A stretch of DNA of 48,301 nucleotides from a bacterium (GTDB lineage Bacteria > Patescibacteriota > Patescibacteriia > UBA2591 > JAZDFN01), in contig JAZDFN010000019.1 of the NCBI GenBank assembly GCA_043807885.1, forward strand, positions 1-48,301. The letters are read 5' to 3'. Under the pieces are notes generated by a model. The model was given only the letters and a program-made list of their open reading frames with translations, was not told the origin of the DNA and made no database searches. Position numbers and translations under genes: made by a program. Within the stretch, counting starts at the first letter, position 1, and each line of letters starts with the position of its first letter. This document shows positions 8,802 through 17,486 of this stretch, in pieces.

Positions 8802-9761
8802 ATGAATCAAGAACCGAAAAATAACCTTGGTCAACCGTCGACGGCCCCGCCGGTCGGCGGGCAGGTAGGCGGACCGCTGGACATTCATGTTATGCCCCAA
8901 AAGTTTTTGGCGGCTGATAGCGCCGGCCGGAAGGCCAAAATAATCGGCCTGATCATCATCATCAGCGTTTTAGGCGTGGCCTTGACCGCGGCCGCTTTTT
9001 ATTTGAATTACACTTTGCAGAATTCCAAGACCACCCTGCCGGCCGGCAAGCAGGCCAACGCCAATCAGGTTAGCCAGAAAAACGCTAAGGTTAACCAAAC
9101 AAATCAAAAAACCGCCAATCAAAATACCAATGTTAACCAAAATGAGGCGGTTGATGCCAATCTCAACAGCAATGTTAAGGCCAATGGAGAAGAGCCGATA
9201 GTTTTGTCGTCTGGACGGGACAGTGATAATGACGGTCTGACTGACGAGGAAGAAATCCTTTATGCCACCGGTATCAATAATGATGATATTGACGGCGACG
9301 GTTATTCAGACGGCGCTGAAGTCGTTAATCTTTACAACCCGACCGGCGCCGGCCAGCTGATCAGCTCGGCGGCGGTTGATGTTTTCACCAGCTCGGCTTT
9401 TGACTATTCCGTGCTCTATCCAATTAATTGGACTTTGGAAGTGACCGAAGTTGCCGGGCAGGAAGTGATGTTTACCAGCCAGACCGGCGAATTCGTCAAA
9501 ATTTTTGTCCAGGACAATCCCCAGCAGCTTTCAGCCAAAGATTGGTATTGGGCGCAATGGCCGGATTCGCCGGATTCCAGCCCGCTTGAACAAATTGAAG
9601 TTAACGGACTGGAAGGGGTTTGGAGTTTTGACAAATTGAACGTTTATCTGGCTAAAGACGATAAGCTCTATGTGATCGCCTATAATATCGGTGAACGGCC
9701 AACCGCTAACTTTCAGACCACTTTTCAAATGATGGTCAAAAGTTTTGAATTAAAGGATTAG
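8802..9761 (+). CDS. Membrane-anchored protein, same architecture as the 8070 gene plus a globular C-terminal domain
   Basis: TM segment IIGLIIIISVLGVALTAAAFYL, N/Q-rich linker, DSDNDGLTDEEE...DIDGDGYSDGAE repeats, roughly 130-aa C-terminal domain. Confidence 0.75.
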   Translation: MNQEPKNNLGQPSTAPPVGGQVGGPLDIHVMPQKFLAADSAGRKAKIIGLIIIISVLGVALTAAAFYLNYTLQNSKTTLPAGKQANANQVSQKNAKVNQTNQKTANQNTNVNQNEAVDANLNSNVKANGEEPIVLSSGRDSDNDGLTDEEEILYATGINNDDIDGDGYSDGAEVVNLYNPTGAGQLISSAAVDVFTSSAFDYSVLYPINWTLEVTEVAGQEVMFTSQTGEFVKIFVQDNPQQLSAKDWYWAQWPDSPDSSPLEQIEVNGLEGVWSFDKLNVYLAKDDKLYVIAYNIGERPTANFQTTFQMMVKSFELKD

Positions 9762-9765
9762 CCGG

Positions 9766-10134
9766 ATGATTGTTTTAGAGATAAATAATTTAGCTAAAGC
9801 TCGTTTTAATAAAAAATATTTGATTAAGGTTGCCCAACGGACCGGCGCGCGCTTGAAACTTAAAGGCAAACGGCTGGTTTCGCTGGCTTTAGTCGGGACA
9901 ATTGCCAGCCAAAAGCTGAACCGGCAATATCGCCGTCTTGACCGGCCAACTGATGTTTTGTCTTTTAGGGCATCCGCCAGCGGGCGGATTAAATCGGAGT
10001 ATTTAGGAGAGATAATCATCTGTTACCCTTTGGCTCAAACCCAAGCGCGTGATTATAAAATCAGCGTTCAGTCGGAATTAGAGCGATTATTGATTCATGG
10101 CCTGCGGCACTTAACCGGCCATCACCATTATTGA
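9766..10134 (+). CDS. ybeY: rRNA maturation endoribonuclease YbeY (short form)
   Basis: C-terminal HGLRHLTGHHH matches the YbeY metal motif H-G-x-L-H-L-x-G-x-x-H (His at positions 1, 5 and 11). Sits directly upstream of ftsA. Confidence 0.75.
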   Translation: MIVLEINNLAKARFNKKYLIKVAQRTGARLKLKGKRLVSLALVGTIASQKLNRQYRRLDRPTDVLSFRASASGRIKSEYLGEIIICYPLAQTQARDYKISVQSELERLLIHGLRHLTGHHHY

Positions 10135-10145
10135 AATAATAATTT

Positions 10146-11417
10146 ATGTTTGAAAAAATTTTTTCTAAATTGAAAAACAAGATATCCCGAGAAGAGATTA
10201 TTGTCGGTTTAGATATCGGCTCTTCGGCCATCCGCTTGGTGGTTGGCCAAAAAAGCGCGCCGGAACAGCCGTTAAAAATCATCGGGGCGGTGGAAGCGCC
10301 AGCTGAAGGCATTACTCGGGGCGTGATTAACAGCATTGAGGATGCCATTTCTTCCATTTCCGCCTGTTTGGAAAAAGCCGAACGGCTGGTCGGTTTGCCT
10401 TTGGAGCAGGCCTGGGTGGGCATTTCCGGCAGCCATATCATTTCCGAAGAAAGCCAGGGCGTGGCGATTATTTCCAAACCCAATGCCGAGATCCAGGCCG
10501 AGGACGTGGAGCGGGCGATTGAAGCGGCTCGGGCGGTGGCGACCCCGCCCAATTACGAAATTTTGCATATTGTCCCCCGCAGTTTCATGGTTGACGGGCA
10601 GTCGGGCATTAAAGACCCGATCGGCATGACCGGCATCCGCTTGGAAGCGACCGCTCAGATTATCATGGGCCTGTCGGCGCAAGTAAAGAATTTGACCAAA
10701 TGCGTTTATCGCACCACCTTGGACATCAACGATTTGGTGCTGTCGATTTTGGCGGCCGCCGAGGCGGCCTTGGACAGCCGGCAGAAAAATTTAGGCGTTG
10801 TTTTGATTAACATCGGCGCTTTTACCACCAATCTGGTGGTCTTTGAAGAAGGCGAGATTCTGCAGACGGCGGTTCTGCCCATCGGCTCCGGCCATATTAC
10901 CAATGATATTGCCATCGGTTTGAGGATTCCGCTGGATATTGCCGAACAAATCAAGCTGGATTACGGCCACGCTTTGGCGGCCAATTTCAATAAACATGAT
11001 GACTTGGATTTAAGCGAGTTCAGCCAAGGCGAAACGGGCTTGGTGTCTAAAAAATATATTGCGGAAATTATTGCCGCCCGGGTGGAAGAAATTTTTGCCG
11101 GCGTGGACCGGGAATTGAAGCGCGTCGGCCGTTCCGGCAACCTGCCGGCCGGAGCGGTTTTAATCGGGGGTGGCGCAAAATTGCCGGGTCTGGTAGAATT
11201 AGCCAAGAAGGGATTGCGCCTGCCAGCGGCTTTGGGGCAAATCGTCAAATTGCCGACCGTGGCCGACAAGGCGGATGATCTGTCTTTTGCCAGCGCTCTG
11301 GGCCTGGTTTTATGGGGTGAACAGCTGCAACGGCGGGGCGGCAAATTTTCTTCTTTCAGCAACGTCGGCAAAACCGTCGGCGGCATCAAATACTGGCTGA
11401 AAAATCTTTTATCCTAA
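10146..11417 (+). CDS. ftsA: Cell division protein FtsA
   Basis: Actin-like ATPase N-terminus IVGLDIGSSAIRLVVGQ, ...GGGAKLPGL...; immediately precedes ftsZ. Confidence 0.92.
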   Translation: MFEKIFSKLKNKISREEIIVGLDIGSSAIRLVVGQKSAPEQPLKIIGAVEAPAEGITRGVINSIEDAISSISACLEKAERLVGLPLEQAWVGISGSHIISEESQGVAIISKPNAEIQAEDVERAIEAARAVATPPNYEILHIVPRSFMVDGQSGIKDPIGMTGIRLEATAQIIMGLSAQVKNLTKCVYRTTLDINDLVLSILAAAEAALDSRQKNLGVVLINIGAFTTNLVVFEEGEILQTAVLPIGSGHITNDIAIGLRIPLDIAEQIKLDYGHALAANFNKHDDLDLSEFSQGETGLVSKKYIAEIIAARVEEIFAGVDRELKRVGRSGNLPAGAVLIGGGAKLPGLVELAKKGLRLPAALGQIVKLPTVADKADDLSFASALGLVLWGEQLQRRGGKFSSFSNVGKTVGGIKYWLKNLLS

Positions 11418-11443
11418 AATAATATTTAAGAATTTTTAATCCT

Positions 11444-12604
11444 ATGGCGGAAGTTAAACCGGCAATTGAGACGTTTGCTAAAATCAAAGTGGTTGGCGTC
11501 GGGGGGAGCGGTGGCTCGGCGGTTAACCGGATGATTAAAGCCAAAATCAAAGGGGTTGATTTTTTAGCGGTTAATACCGATGTGCAGGCCCTGCATATTT
11601 CTCAGGCCCCGCATAAATTGCATATTGGCAAGAGCATCACTCGCGGTTTGGGCGCCGGCATGGATCCGGAACAGGGCCGGCGGGCGGCGGAAGAGAGCCA
11701 GAATGAAATCCGCGACGCCTTGCGCGGCGCCGATATGGTTTTCATCACCTGCGGTTTGGGCGGCGGCACCGGCACGGGCGCTTCGCCGATCGTGGCCGAG
11801 TTGGCTCGCGACGCCGGTTCTTTGACCGTAGCCGTAGTGACCAAACCCTTTTCCTGGGAAGGCGCCCAGCGCACGGCCATTGCCGAAAAAGGACTGGCTG
11901 ATTTAGTCGGCAAGGTTGACGCGATTATTACCATCCCCAATGATAAGATTTTACAGCTGGTTGACAAGAAAACGCCGATGCTGGATTCTTTTATGACCGT
12001 GGACGAGGTTTTGCGGCAAGGCGTGCAGGGCATTGCCGAAGCCATTACCATCCCCGGCTTGATTAATGTTGATTTCGCCGATGTCAAAGCCATTATGAAA
12101 GAGGCGGGCTCCGCTTTAATCGGCATTGGTGAAGCCAGCGGCGAGGAGCGCGCGGTGGAAGCGGCCAAGCTGGCCATTGCCAGCCCTTTGCTGGATATTT
12201 CCATGGATGGCGCCAAAGGCATTTTATTCATCGTCACCGGCGGGCCTGATTTGACCATGCACGAAGTTGACGAAGCGGCCAAAATTGTTACCGCTTCGGC
12301 CGACAACAACGCTAAAATTATTTTCGGCGCGGTGATTGACGAAAATATTAAAAACAAGGTGAGGATTACCGTGATTGCGACTGATTTTGGCGAACGGGCG
12401 ATGCCGGTTGTCCGCCGGACACCGGGGTTGGAACGGCCGATTTACGAGCCGACGGAATTTGCGACCAGAAGTTTGCCGATGGAAGAAGATTTCCGCCAGC
12501 TGGCGGATTTGGCGCCGGCGCCGAAGGCCAGGAAAGAAACGGCCAGAACCAAAGAAGAAGAGGAATTGGAAATACCGGCCTTTATCAGGAAAAAATTGCG
12601 ATAA
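11444..12604 (+). CDS. ftsZ: Cell division GTPase FtsZ
   Basis: Tubulin signature GGGTGTGASPIVAE, VGVGGSGGSAVNRM, C-terminal peptide LEIPAFIRKK. Confidence 0.97.
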   Translation: MAEVKPAIETFAKIKVVGVGGSGGSAVNRMIKAKIKGVDFLAVNTDVQALHISQAPHKLHIGKSITRGLGAGMDPEQGRRAAEESQNEIRDALRGADMVFITCGLGGGTGTGASPIVAELARDAGSLTVAVVTKPFSWEGAQRTAIAEKGLADLVGKVDAIITIPNDKILQLVDKKTPMLDSFMTVDEVLRQGVQGIAEAITIPGLINVDFADVKAIMKEAGSALIGIGEASGEERAVEAAKLAIASPLLDISMDGAKGILFIVTGGPDLTMHEVDEAAKIVTASADNNAKIIFGAVIDENIKNKVRITVIATDFGERAMPVVRRTPGLERPIYEPTEFATRSLPMEEDFRQLADLAPAPKARKETARTKEEEELEIPAFIRKKLR

Positions 12605-12733
12605 ATATAAAAATAAAATAGACCCGCCTTTTTTGTTAATCTTGTTTTATTAACATTTTCCTTACCATTAAAAGAGCGGAGTGAAAACCGAAATTAAAAA
12701 GTTAAGGACGGTTTTTATTTTTTGCTGTAAAAT

Positions 12734-14956
12734 ATGTCAACCACCAAACATCATTTTAAATTGATTGAGAAACGCAACGGCCAGATGGTTAAATTTGACC
12801 CGAAAAGGATTGCCATTGCGATTTATAAGGCGACCGACGCCATTGGCCAGCCCAACAAGCGTTTGTCCAGAATGCTGGCCGAGCAAGTGGTAGAATTATT
12901 GACGGCCCGTTTGCCTTGGGGCGAAACGCCGACCGTGGAGGGCGTGCAGGACATTGTCGAGGAAGTTTTGGTCAAGAGCCAGAAGGCCGACTTGGCCAAG
13001 ACCTACATTATCTATCGCCAGAAGCATAAGGAAATCAGGGAAGGCAAGATTCCGCCGATTGCCATCAAGGAAGAATTTAATTCTTCGCCCAATGCCCTGG
13101 TGGTTTTAAAAAAGCGTTATTTGAAAAAAGACGAGAAAAACGGCGAAACCGTGGAAACGCCATCGGAAATGTTCCAGCGGGTGGCCCGCAATATCGCTTA
13201 CGCCGACCATCTTTACAAGACGCTTTATTATCAAGACGTGGATGTCAATAAAACCGCCGAGGAATTTTTTCAAATCATGAATCAGGGTTATTTTATGCCC
13301 AATTCGCCGACCCTGATGAACGCCGGCCGGCCCCTCCAGCAGTTGTCCGCTTGTTTTGTTTTGCCGGTGGGCGATTCCATGGTGGAGATTTTTGACGCCA
13401 TCAAGTACACGGCTTTAATCCATCAGAGCGGGGGCGGCACCGGCTTTTCTTTCAGCCGTTTGCGGCCGGGCGGGGATCGGGTCAAAAGCACCCAGGGCGA
13501 ATCGTCAGGCCCCTTGTCTTTTATGAAGGTCTTCAACGCCGCCACCGAAGTGATTAAGCAAGGTGGCAAACGCCGCGGCGCCAATATGGGCATTTTGCGG
13601 GTTGACCATCCGGATATTCTGGATTTCGTCGTTTGCAAAAAAGACGTTAAGGATTTTAATAATTTTAACCTTTCGGTGGCCATCACCGACAAGTTTATGA
13701 TCGCGTTGAAGAATAATGAGGACTATGAATTAATGAATCCGAGGAACGGGGAAGTGGCCAGCACCTTGTCGGCCCGCAAGGTTTTTGACTTGATCGTTTC
13801 CATGGCTTGGCAGAATGGCGAACCCGGCGTGATTTTTATTGATACGATTAATAAATTTAATCCCACGCCGCAATTGGGTCAGATTGAGTCCACCAACCCT
13901 TGCGGCGAGGTCCCGCTTCTCCCTTATGAATCATGTAATCTCGGTTCAATTAACTTGACTAAGATGGTGACCAAGGACAAGCAGGTGGATTGGGAGAAAA
14001 TAAAAGAGGTGGTGCATTCAGCCGTTCATTTTTTGGATAATGTGATTGATATGAATCGCTATCCTTTGAAAGAAATTGAAGAAACCGTGGCCAAGACCAG
14101 GAAAATCGGTCTGGGCGTAATGGGCTGGGCGGATTTGCTGGCCCAATTGGAAATTCCTTATGATTCCCAAGAGGCCTTGGATTTGGCCGAGAAAGTGATG
14201 CTGTTTGTCAGCAACGAGGGTTATTGGACGAGCGAACAATTAGCCAAAGCCAGAGGGGTTTTCCCGGCTTGGCAAGGCGGTTGGTTTGACAAGCACAATG
14301 GGCCGAAGTTGCGTAACGCCACCCTGACCACGATTGCCCCGACCGGCACCATTTCCATTATTGCCAATGCTTCTTCGGGCATTGAGCCCTATTTTTCCAT
14401 TGCCTATACCCGAAAAAATTTATTGGACGCCGGCGATGAATTAGTGGAAGTTAATCCTTATTTTATGAAAGCCGCCAAAAAAGAAGGTTTTTATTCCGAG
14501 GAATTGATTAAAAAATTAGGCGAGCAGGGAAGCGTTAAAAACATTGAAGAAGTGCCGGAAAAGTGGCGCCGGATTTTTACCACCAGCCATGACATTGCGC
14601 CGGAATATCACTTGCGGATGCAGGCGGCTTTCCAAAAATACACCGATAATGCCGTTTCCAAAACTATTAATTTTCCCAACAGCGCCACTATCCAGGATAT
14701 TGAAAAGGCCTATTTAATGGCCTACGAATTGGGTTGCAAAGGCCTGACCGTTTATCGCGACAATAGCCGGGAAAAGCAGGTCTTGAATATCGGCGTTGTT
14801 GCCGAGGCCGAGGAATCAGCCGAGAAGCCAGTTAATGAATTATTGAAAAACGGCGACCATGTCAAGCGTTGTCCGGAGTGCAAAACACCGATGGAAATCA
14901 AGGAGGGTTGCGCCGTTTGCCCCAGCTGTGGTTACTCGGGCTGCAGCGTAAGTTAA
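12734..14956 (+). CDS. nrdJ: Adenosylcobalamin-dependent (class II) ribonucleotide reductase with N-terminal ATP-cone and C-terminal Zn-ribbon
   Basis: ATP-cone (KRNGQMVKFDPKRIAIAIYKA), PNSPTLMNAG, SACFVL, STNPCGE, TIAPTGTIS, C-terminal CPECKTPMEIKEGCAVCPSCG. Confidence 0.9.
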   Translation: MSTTKHHFKLIEKRNGQMVKFDPKRIAIAIYKATDAIGQPNKRLSRMLAEQVVELLTARLPWGETPTVEGVQDIVEEVLVKSQKADLAKTYIIYRQKHKEIREGKIPPIAIKEEFNSSPNALVVLKKRYLKKDEKNGETVETPSEMFQRVARNIAYADHLYKTLYYQDVDVNKTAEEFFQIMNQGYFMPNSPTLMNAGRPLQQLSACFVLPVGDSMVEIFDAIKYTALIHQSGGGTGFSFSRLRPGGDRVKSTQGESSGPLSFMKVFNAATEVIKQGGKRRGANMGILRVDHPDILDFVVCKKDVKDFNNFNLSVAITDKFMIALKNNEDYELMNPRNGEVASTLSARKVFDLIVSMAWQNGEPGVIFIDTINKFNPTPQLGQIESTNPCGEVPLLPYESCNLGSINLTKMVTKDKQVDWEKIKEVVHSAVHFLDNVIDMNRYPLKEIEETVAKTRKIGLGVMGWADLLAQLEIPYDSQEALDLAEKVMLFVSNEGYWTSEQLAKARGVFPAWQGGWFDKHNGPKLRNATLTTIAPTGTISIIANASSGIEPYFSIAYTRKNLLDAGDELVEVNPYFMKAAKKEGFYSEELIKKLGEQGSVKNIEEVPEKWRRIFTTSHDIAPEYHLRMQAAFQKYTDNAVSKTINFPNSATIQDIEKAYLMAYELGCKGLTVYRDNSREKQVLNIGVVAEAEESAEKPVNELLKNGDHVKRCPECKTPMEIKEGCAVCPSCGYSGCSVS

Positions 14957-14963
14957 AATCAAT

Positions 14964-15464
14964 ATGGCCATCCATCTTTATTGCGGCAACGGCAAAGGCA
15001 AAACCACGGCGGCGTTAGGTTTGGCCTTGCGGGCATTGGGGCAGAATCAGAAAGTCGCCCTGGTTCAGTTTATGAAAAAGGGCGAGTTTGGCGAAATTAA
15101 GGCCTTGAAAAAGTTTCCCAATATTATTATCAAACAATTCGGCCGGCAAGGATTTGTCAGAAAAGCCAATCCTCAAGACCGACGGTTGGCTCTGGCGGGG
15201 TTGGAGTTTGCCCAAAAAGTTTTAAAAAAGAAACCGGAAGTTTTAATTTTAGACGAATTAAATACGGCCGTCAGTTTAAAATTATTATCAGAACGAGAAG
15301 TTTTGGGTTTTTTAAAAAAGATTTCGCCAAAAGTTGAAATTATTATCACCGGCCGAGGAGAAAATAAAAAAATAAAAGCCCAAGCGGACTTGGTGACGGA
15401 AATGAAAGAAATCAAGCACTATTTCAAGAAAGGCCTTAAAGCCAGAAGGGGGATAGAATTTTGA
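14964..15464 (+). CDS. cobO: Cob(I)yrinic acid a,c-diamide / corrinoid adenosyltransferase (CobO/BtuR type)
   Basis: GNGKGKTTAALGLALRALG P-loop, LDELNTAV, IITGRG and VTEMKEIKHYFKKG align along the length with E. coli BtuR as I recall it. Confidence 0.88.
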   Translation: MAIHLYCGNGKGKTTAALGLALRALGQNQKVALVQFMKKGEFGEIKALKKFPNIIIKQFGRQGFVRKANPQDRRLALAGLEFAQKVLKKKPEVLILDELNTAVSLKLLSEREVLGFLKKISPKVEIIITGRGENKKIKAQADLVTEMKEIKHYFKKGLKARRGIEF

Positions 15465-15478
15465 TTTCTTGTTGTTTG

Positions 15479-15487
15479 TGATATAAT
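15479..15487 (+). promoter_or_regulatory. Extended -10 promoter element (TGaTATAAT)
   Basis: TG 15479-15480, TATAAT 15482-15487, about 70 nt upstream of ATG 15560. The same TGATATAAT nonamer occurs at 24704-24712. Confidence 0.4.
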
Positions 15488-15559
15488 ACTCTCATGGAAA
15501 ACTAAGACCAAAACAAATTAGCGCCCCCCAGTAACAATTTTGTCTCTAATACGGCTAAA

Positions 15560-15799
15560 ATGGCAGAGGGCTATGATCAGCCAGAATTACGGGAATTGCT
15601 GGAAGAGAACCTGAAATACGCCAAAGCCATATATTGGTCCGTGGAAAAAGTCCGGCGCCACCTTTTTTGGCAAAGGGTTTTTACTTTAATATATATTCTT
15701 GTGCTTATTGTCTTACCTTTGGTTGTCGCCGTCATTTATTTGCCGCCGTTCATCAGCGCCTACCTTAGCCCGTATTTGGAGCTTTTGCAAGGAAAATAA
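15560..15799 (+). CDS. Small membrane protein, hypothetical
   Basis: 79-aa ORF with charged N-terminus and one long hydrophobic segment FTLIYILVLIVLPLVVAVIYLPPFI. Confidence 0.55.
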   Translation: MAEGYDQPELRELLEENLKYAKAIYWSVEKVRRHLFWQRVFTLIYILVLIVLPLVVAVIYLPPFISAYLSPYLELLQGK

Positions 15800-15825
15800 A
15801 ATAATTAACCCATTTATCAACCACT

Positions 15826-15963
15826 ATGCCCACTTGCGAGGAATGCAAATTCTACAAGCCGGTGAGCGAAAGAGAGGGTGATTGTTTTGGCCATCGGATT
15901 CCGTCGGAAATGGACGCTGAAGAATGTCCGACCCAGTCGTTTCAGCCGGAAGAAGAGAAATAA
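15826..15963 (+). CDS. Candidate 45-aa CxxC small protein (below the ORF-track cutoff)
   Basis: ATG 15826 to TAA 15961-15963: MPTCEECKFYKPVSEREGDCFGHRIPSEMDAEECPTQSFQPEEEK. Four Cys. Followed by a hairpin terminator. No clear SD. Confidence 0.35.
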   Translation: MPTCEECKFYKPVSEREGDCFGHRIPSEMDAEECPTQSFQPEEEK

Positions 15964-15992
15964 CCGGGCTTGATCCGTCGATTGGCGGAAAT

Positions 15993-16019
15993 AACCAGGT
16001 ATTAAATACCATGGTTTTT
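15993..16019 (+). terminator. Intrinsic terminator-like hairpin
   Basis: AACCAGGTAT-TAA-ATACC(A)TGGTT stem with one bulge, followed by TTTTT. Confidence 0.5.
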
Positions 16020-16047
16020 AGTCGTCTAATTATTAATCGTTAAAATT

Positions 16048-17292
16048 ATGGAAGACCAAAAATCCTTAAAAAAATTTTTACTGCTGGCTTTGGTCATTAG
16101 CTTGCTGGTCGGCGGTTTGGCCGGCTTTTCCGCCGGCTTGGGTAGCAGTTTGCTTTTAAGCGATTATATTTCGCCTTGGCTGGTTAAGCAGGGCATTAAT
16201 TTGCCGGTAGCCAAGCCCCAGCCACAGACTGAAGAAAATTCGCCAGTGGGCGGACAGGTCGGTCAGCCGGCCGGCGATACCGTGGTCAATGCCGTCCGAA
16301 AAGTCAAGCCGGCCGTGGTTAGTATTGTGGTTACCAAGGATCTGAGCCAGTACCAAGGCGCCACTTCCCCTTTTGGCGATTTTTTCGGTTTTAATCTCCC
16401 CCAAATCCAATTACCACAGGGCGAGCAGCAAATCGGCGGCGGCACCGGTTTTATCATCTCGGCTGATGGCCTGATTTTAACCAATAAACATGTGGTCATT
16501 GATTCGGAAGCGAAATATACAGTGGTGGCTAATGATGAGCAAAAATACGAGGCCAAGATTTTAGCCACTGACCCATTTAACGATATCGGCATTTTGAAAA
16601 TTGAAGCCAATGGCTTGCCAATCGTGACTTTAGGCGACTCGGATAAGCTGGAGGTCGGCCAGACCGTCATTGCCATTGGTAATTCCTTGGGCGAATATCA
16701 GAATACCGTCACCCAGGGCATTATTTCCGCCATTGGCCGGCGAGTGACCGCTGGCAATAATCTGGGCAGCAGCGAGGTTTTGGAAGAAGTGATTCAGACC
16801 GACGCGGCGATTAATCCGGGCAATTCCGGCGGGCCGTTGATTAATCTGGCCGGTGAGGTAATCGGGGTTAATACCGCCATTTCCCAAGCCGGTCAGTCAA
16901 TTGGCTTTGCCATTCCGATTAATCAAGCCAAAAAGACCGCGGAGAGCGTGAAAAAATACGGCCGGATTATCCGGCCCTATCTGGGCATCCGTTATGTGCC
17001 GATTACGCCGGCTTTGGCGGAGAAAAACAAATTAAACGTTGATTACGGCGCTTTGATTGTCCGGGGACAAAACGCCGGCGAATTGGCCATTGTGCCGGGC
17101 AGTCCGGCGGACAAAGCGGGTTTGGAAGAAAATGACATTATTCTGGAGATTAACGGCCAAAAAATTGATTCCGGGCGCTCCTTAGCCAAAGAAATCGCCA
17201 AATTCAACCCGGGCGACAAAATTAAATTGAAAATCCTGCACGACGGAGGTGAAAAAGAAGTGGAAGCGGTTTTGGAGGAGTATAAAGAGTAA
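16048..17292 (+). CDS. htrA: HtrA/DegP-family serine protease with PDZ domain
   Basis: N-terminal TM, trypsin-like core (LTNKHVV, DIGILKI, GNSGGPLINL catalytic Ser motif), C-terminal PDZ-like segment. Confidence 0.9.
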   Translation: MEDQKSLKKFLLLALVISLLVGGLAGFSAGLGSSLLLSDYISPWLVKQGINLPVAKPQPQTEENSPVGGQVGQPAGDTVVNAVRKVKPAVVSIVVTKDLSQYQGATSPFGDFFGFNLPQIQLPQGEQQIGGGTGFIISADGLILTNKHVVIDSEAKYTVVANDEQKYEAKILATDPFNDIGILKIEANGLPIVTLGDSDKLEVGQTVIAIGNSLGEYQNTVTQGIISAIGRRVTAGNNLGSSEVLEEVIQTDAAINPGNSGGPLINLAGEVIGVNTAISQAGQSIGFAIPINQAKKTAESVKKYGRIIRPYLGIRYVPITPALAEKNKLNVDYGALIVRGQNAGELAIVPGSPADKAGLEENDIILEINGQKIDSGRSLAKEIAKFNPGDKIKLKILHDGGEKEVEAVLEEYKE

Positions 17293-17310
17293 TTATTGCG
17301 ACAAATGCGT

Positions 17311-17474
17311 TGGTTCAAATCTCCTGATTTGAACCATTATGTTCTATCCGTCGGTTCAATTCTCTGAATTGAATCGCATTGAGAGACGCAAAATTTTGCG
17401 TCTCTAGGGGTTTGGGTCAGGAGACCCAAACCAAAATCGCAGAACATTAAGGTTCAGGTCAGGAGACCTGAACC
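17311..17474. repeat. Array of five 24-nt hairpins between convergent htrA and glnA; four belong to one family with covarying stems
   Basis: 17312-17335 GGTTCAAATC-TCCT-GATTTGAACC. 17353-17375 GGTTCAATTC-TCT-GAATTGAATC. 17382-17405 perfect palindrome AGAGACGCAAAATTTTGCGTCTCT. 17409-17432 GGTTTGGGTC-AGGA-GACCCAAACC. 17451-17474 GGTTCAGGTC-AGGA-GACCTGAACC. Confidence 0.85.
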
Positions 17475-17486
17475 AACGCTATGGTT

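Noticed and set aside
11602-12357. 251-aa minus-strand ORF antisense to ftsZ. Similar antisense ORFs cover ftsA, nrdJ, glnA and comEC.
   Set aside because: The sense strand encodes unmistakable conserved proteins. The antisense translations have no recognisable features.
12605-12733. A cobalamin riboswitch or NrdR boxes upstream of nrdJ.
   Set aside because: The region is only about 130 nt and A/T-rich. I cannot find the B12-box or the NrdR palindrome. Only a weak AAAACCG...CGGTTTT stem is present.
17311-17474. A CRISPR-like array.
   Set aside because: The units are individually palindromic and differ from each other, spacers of uniform length are absent, and there are no cas genes in the window.
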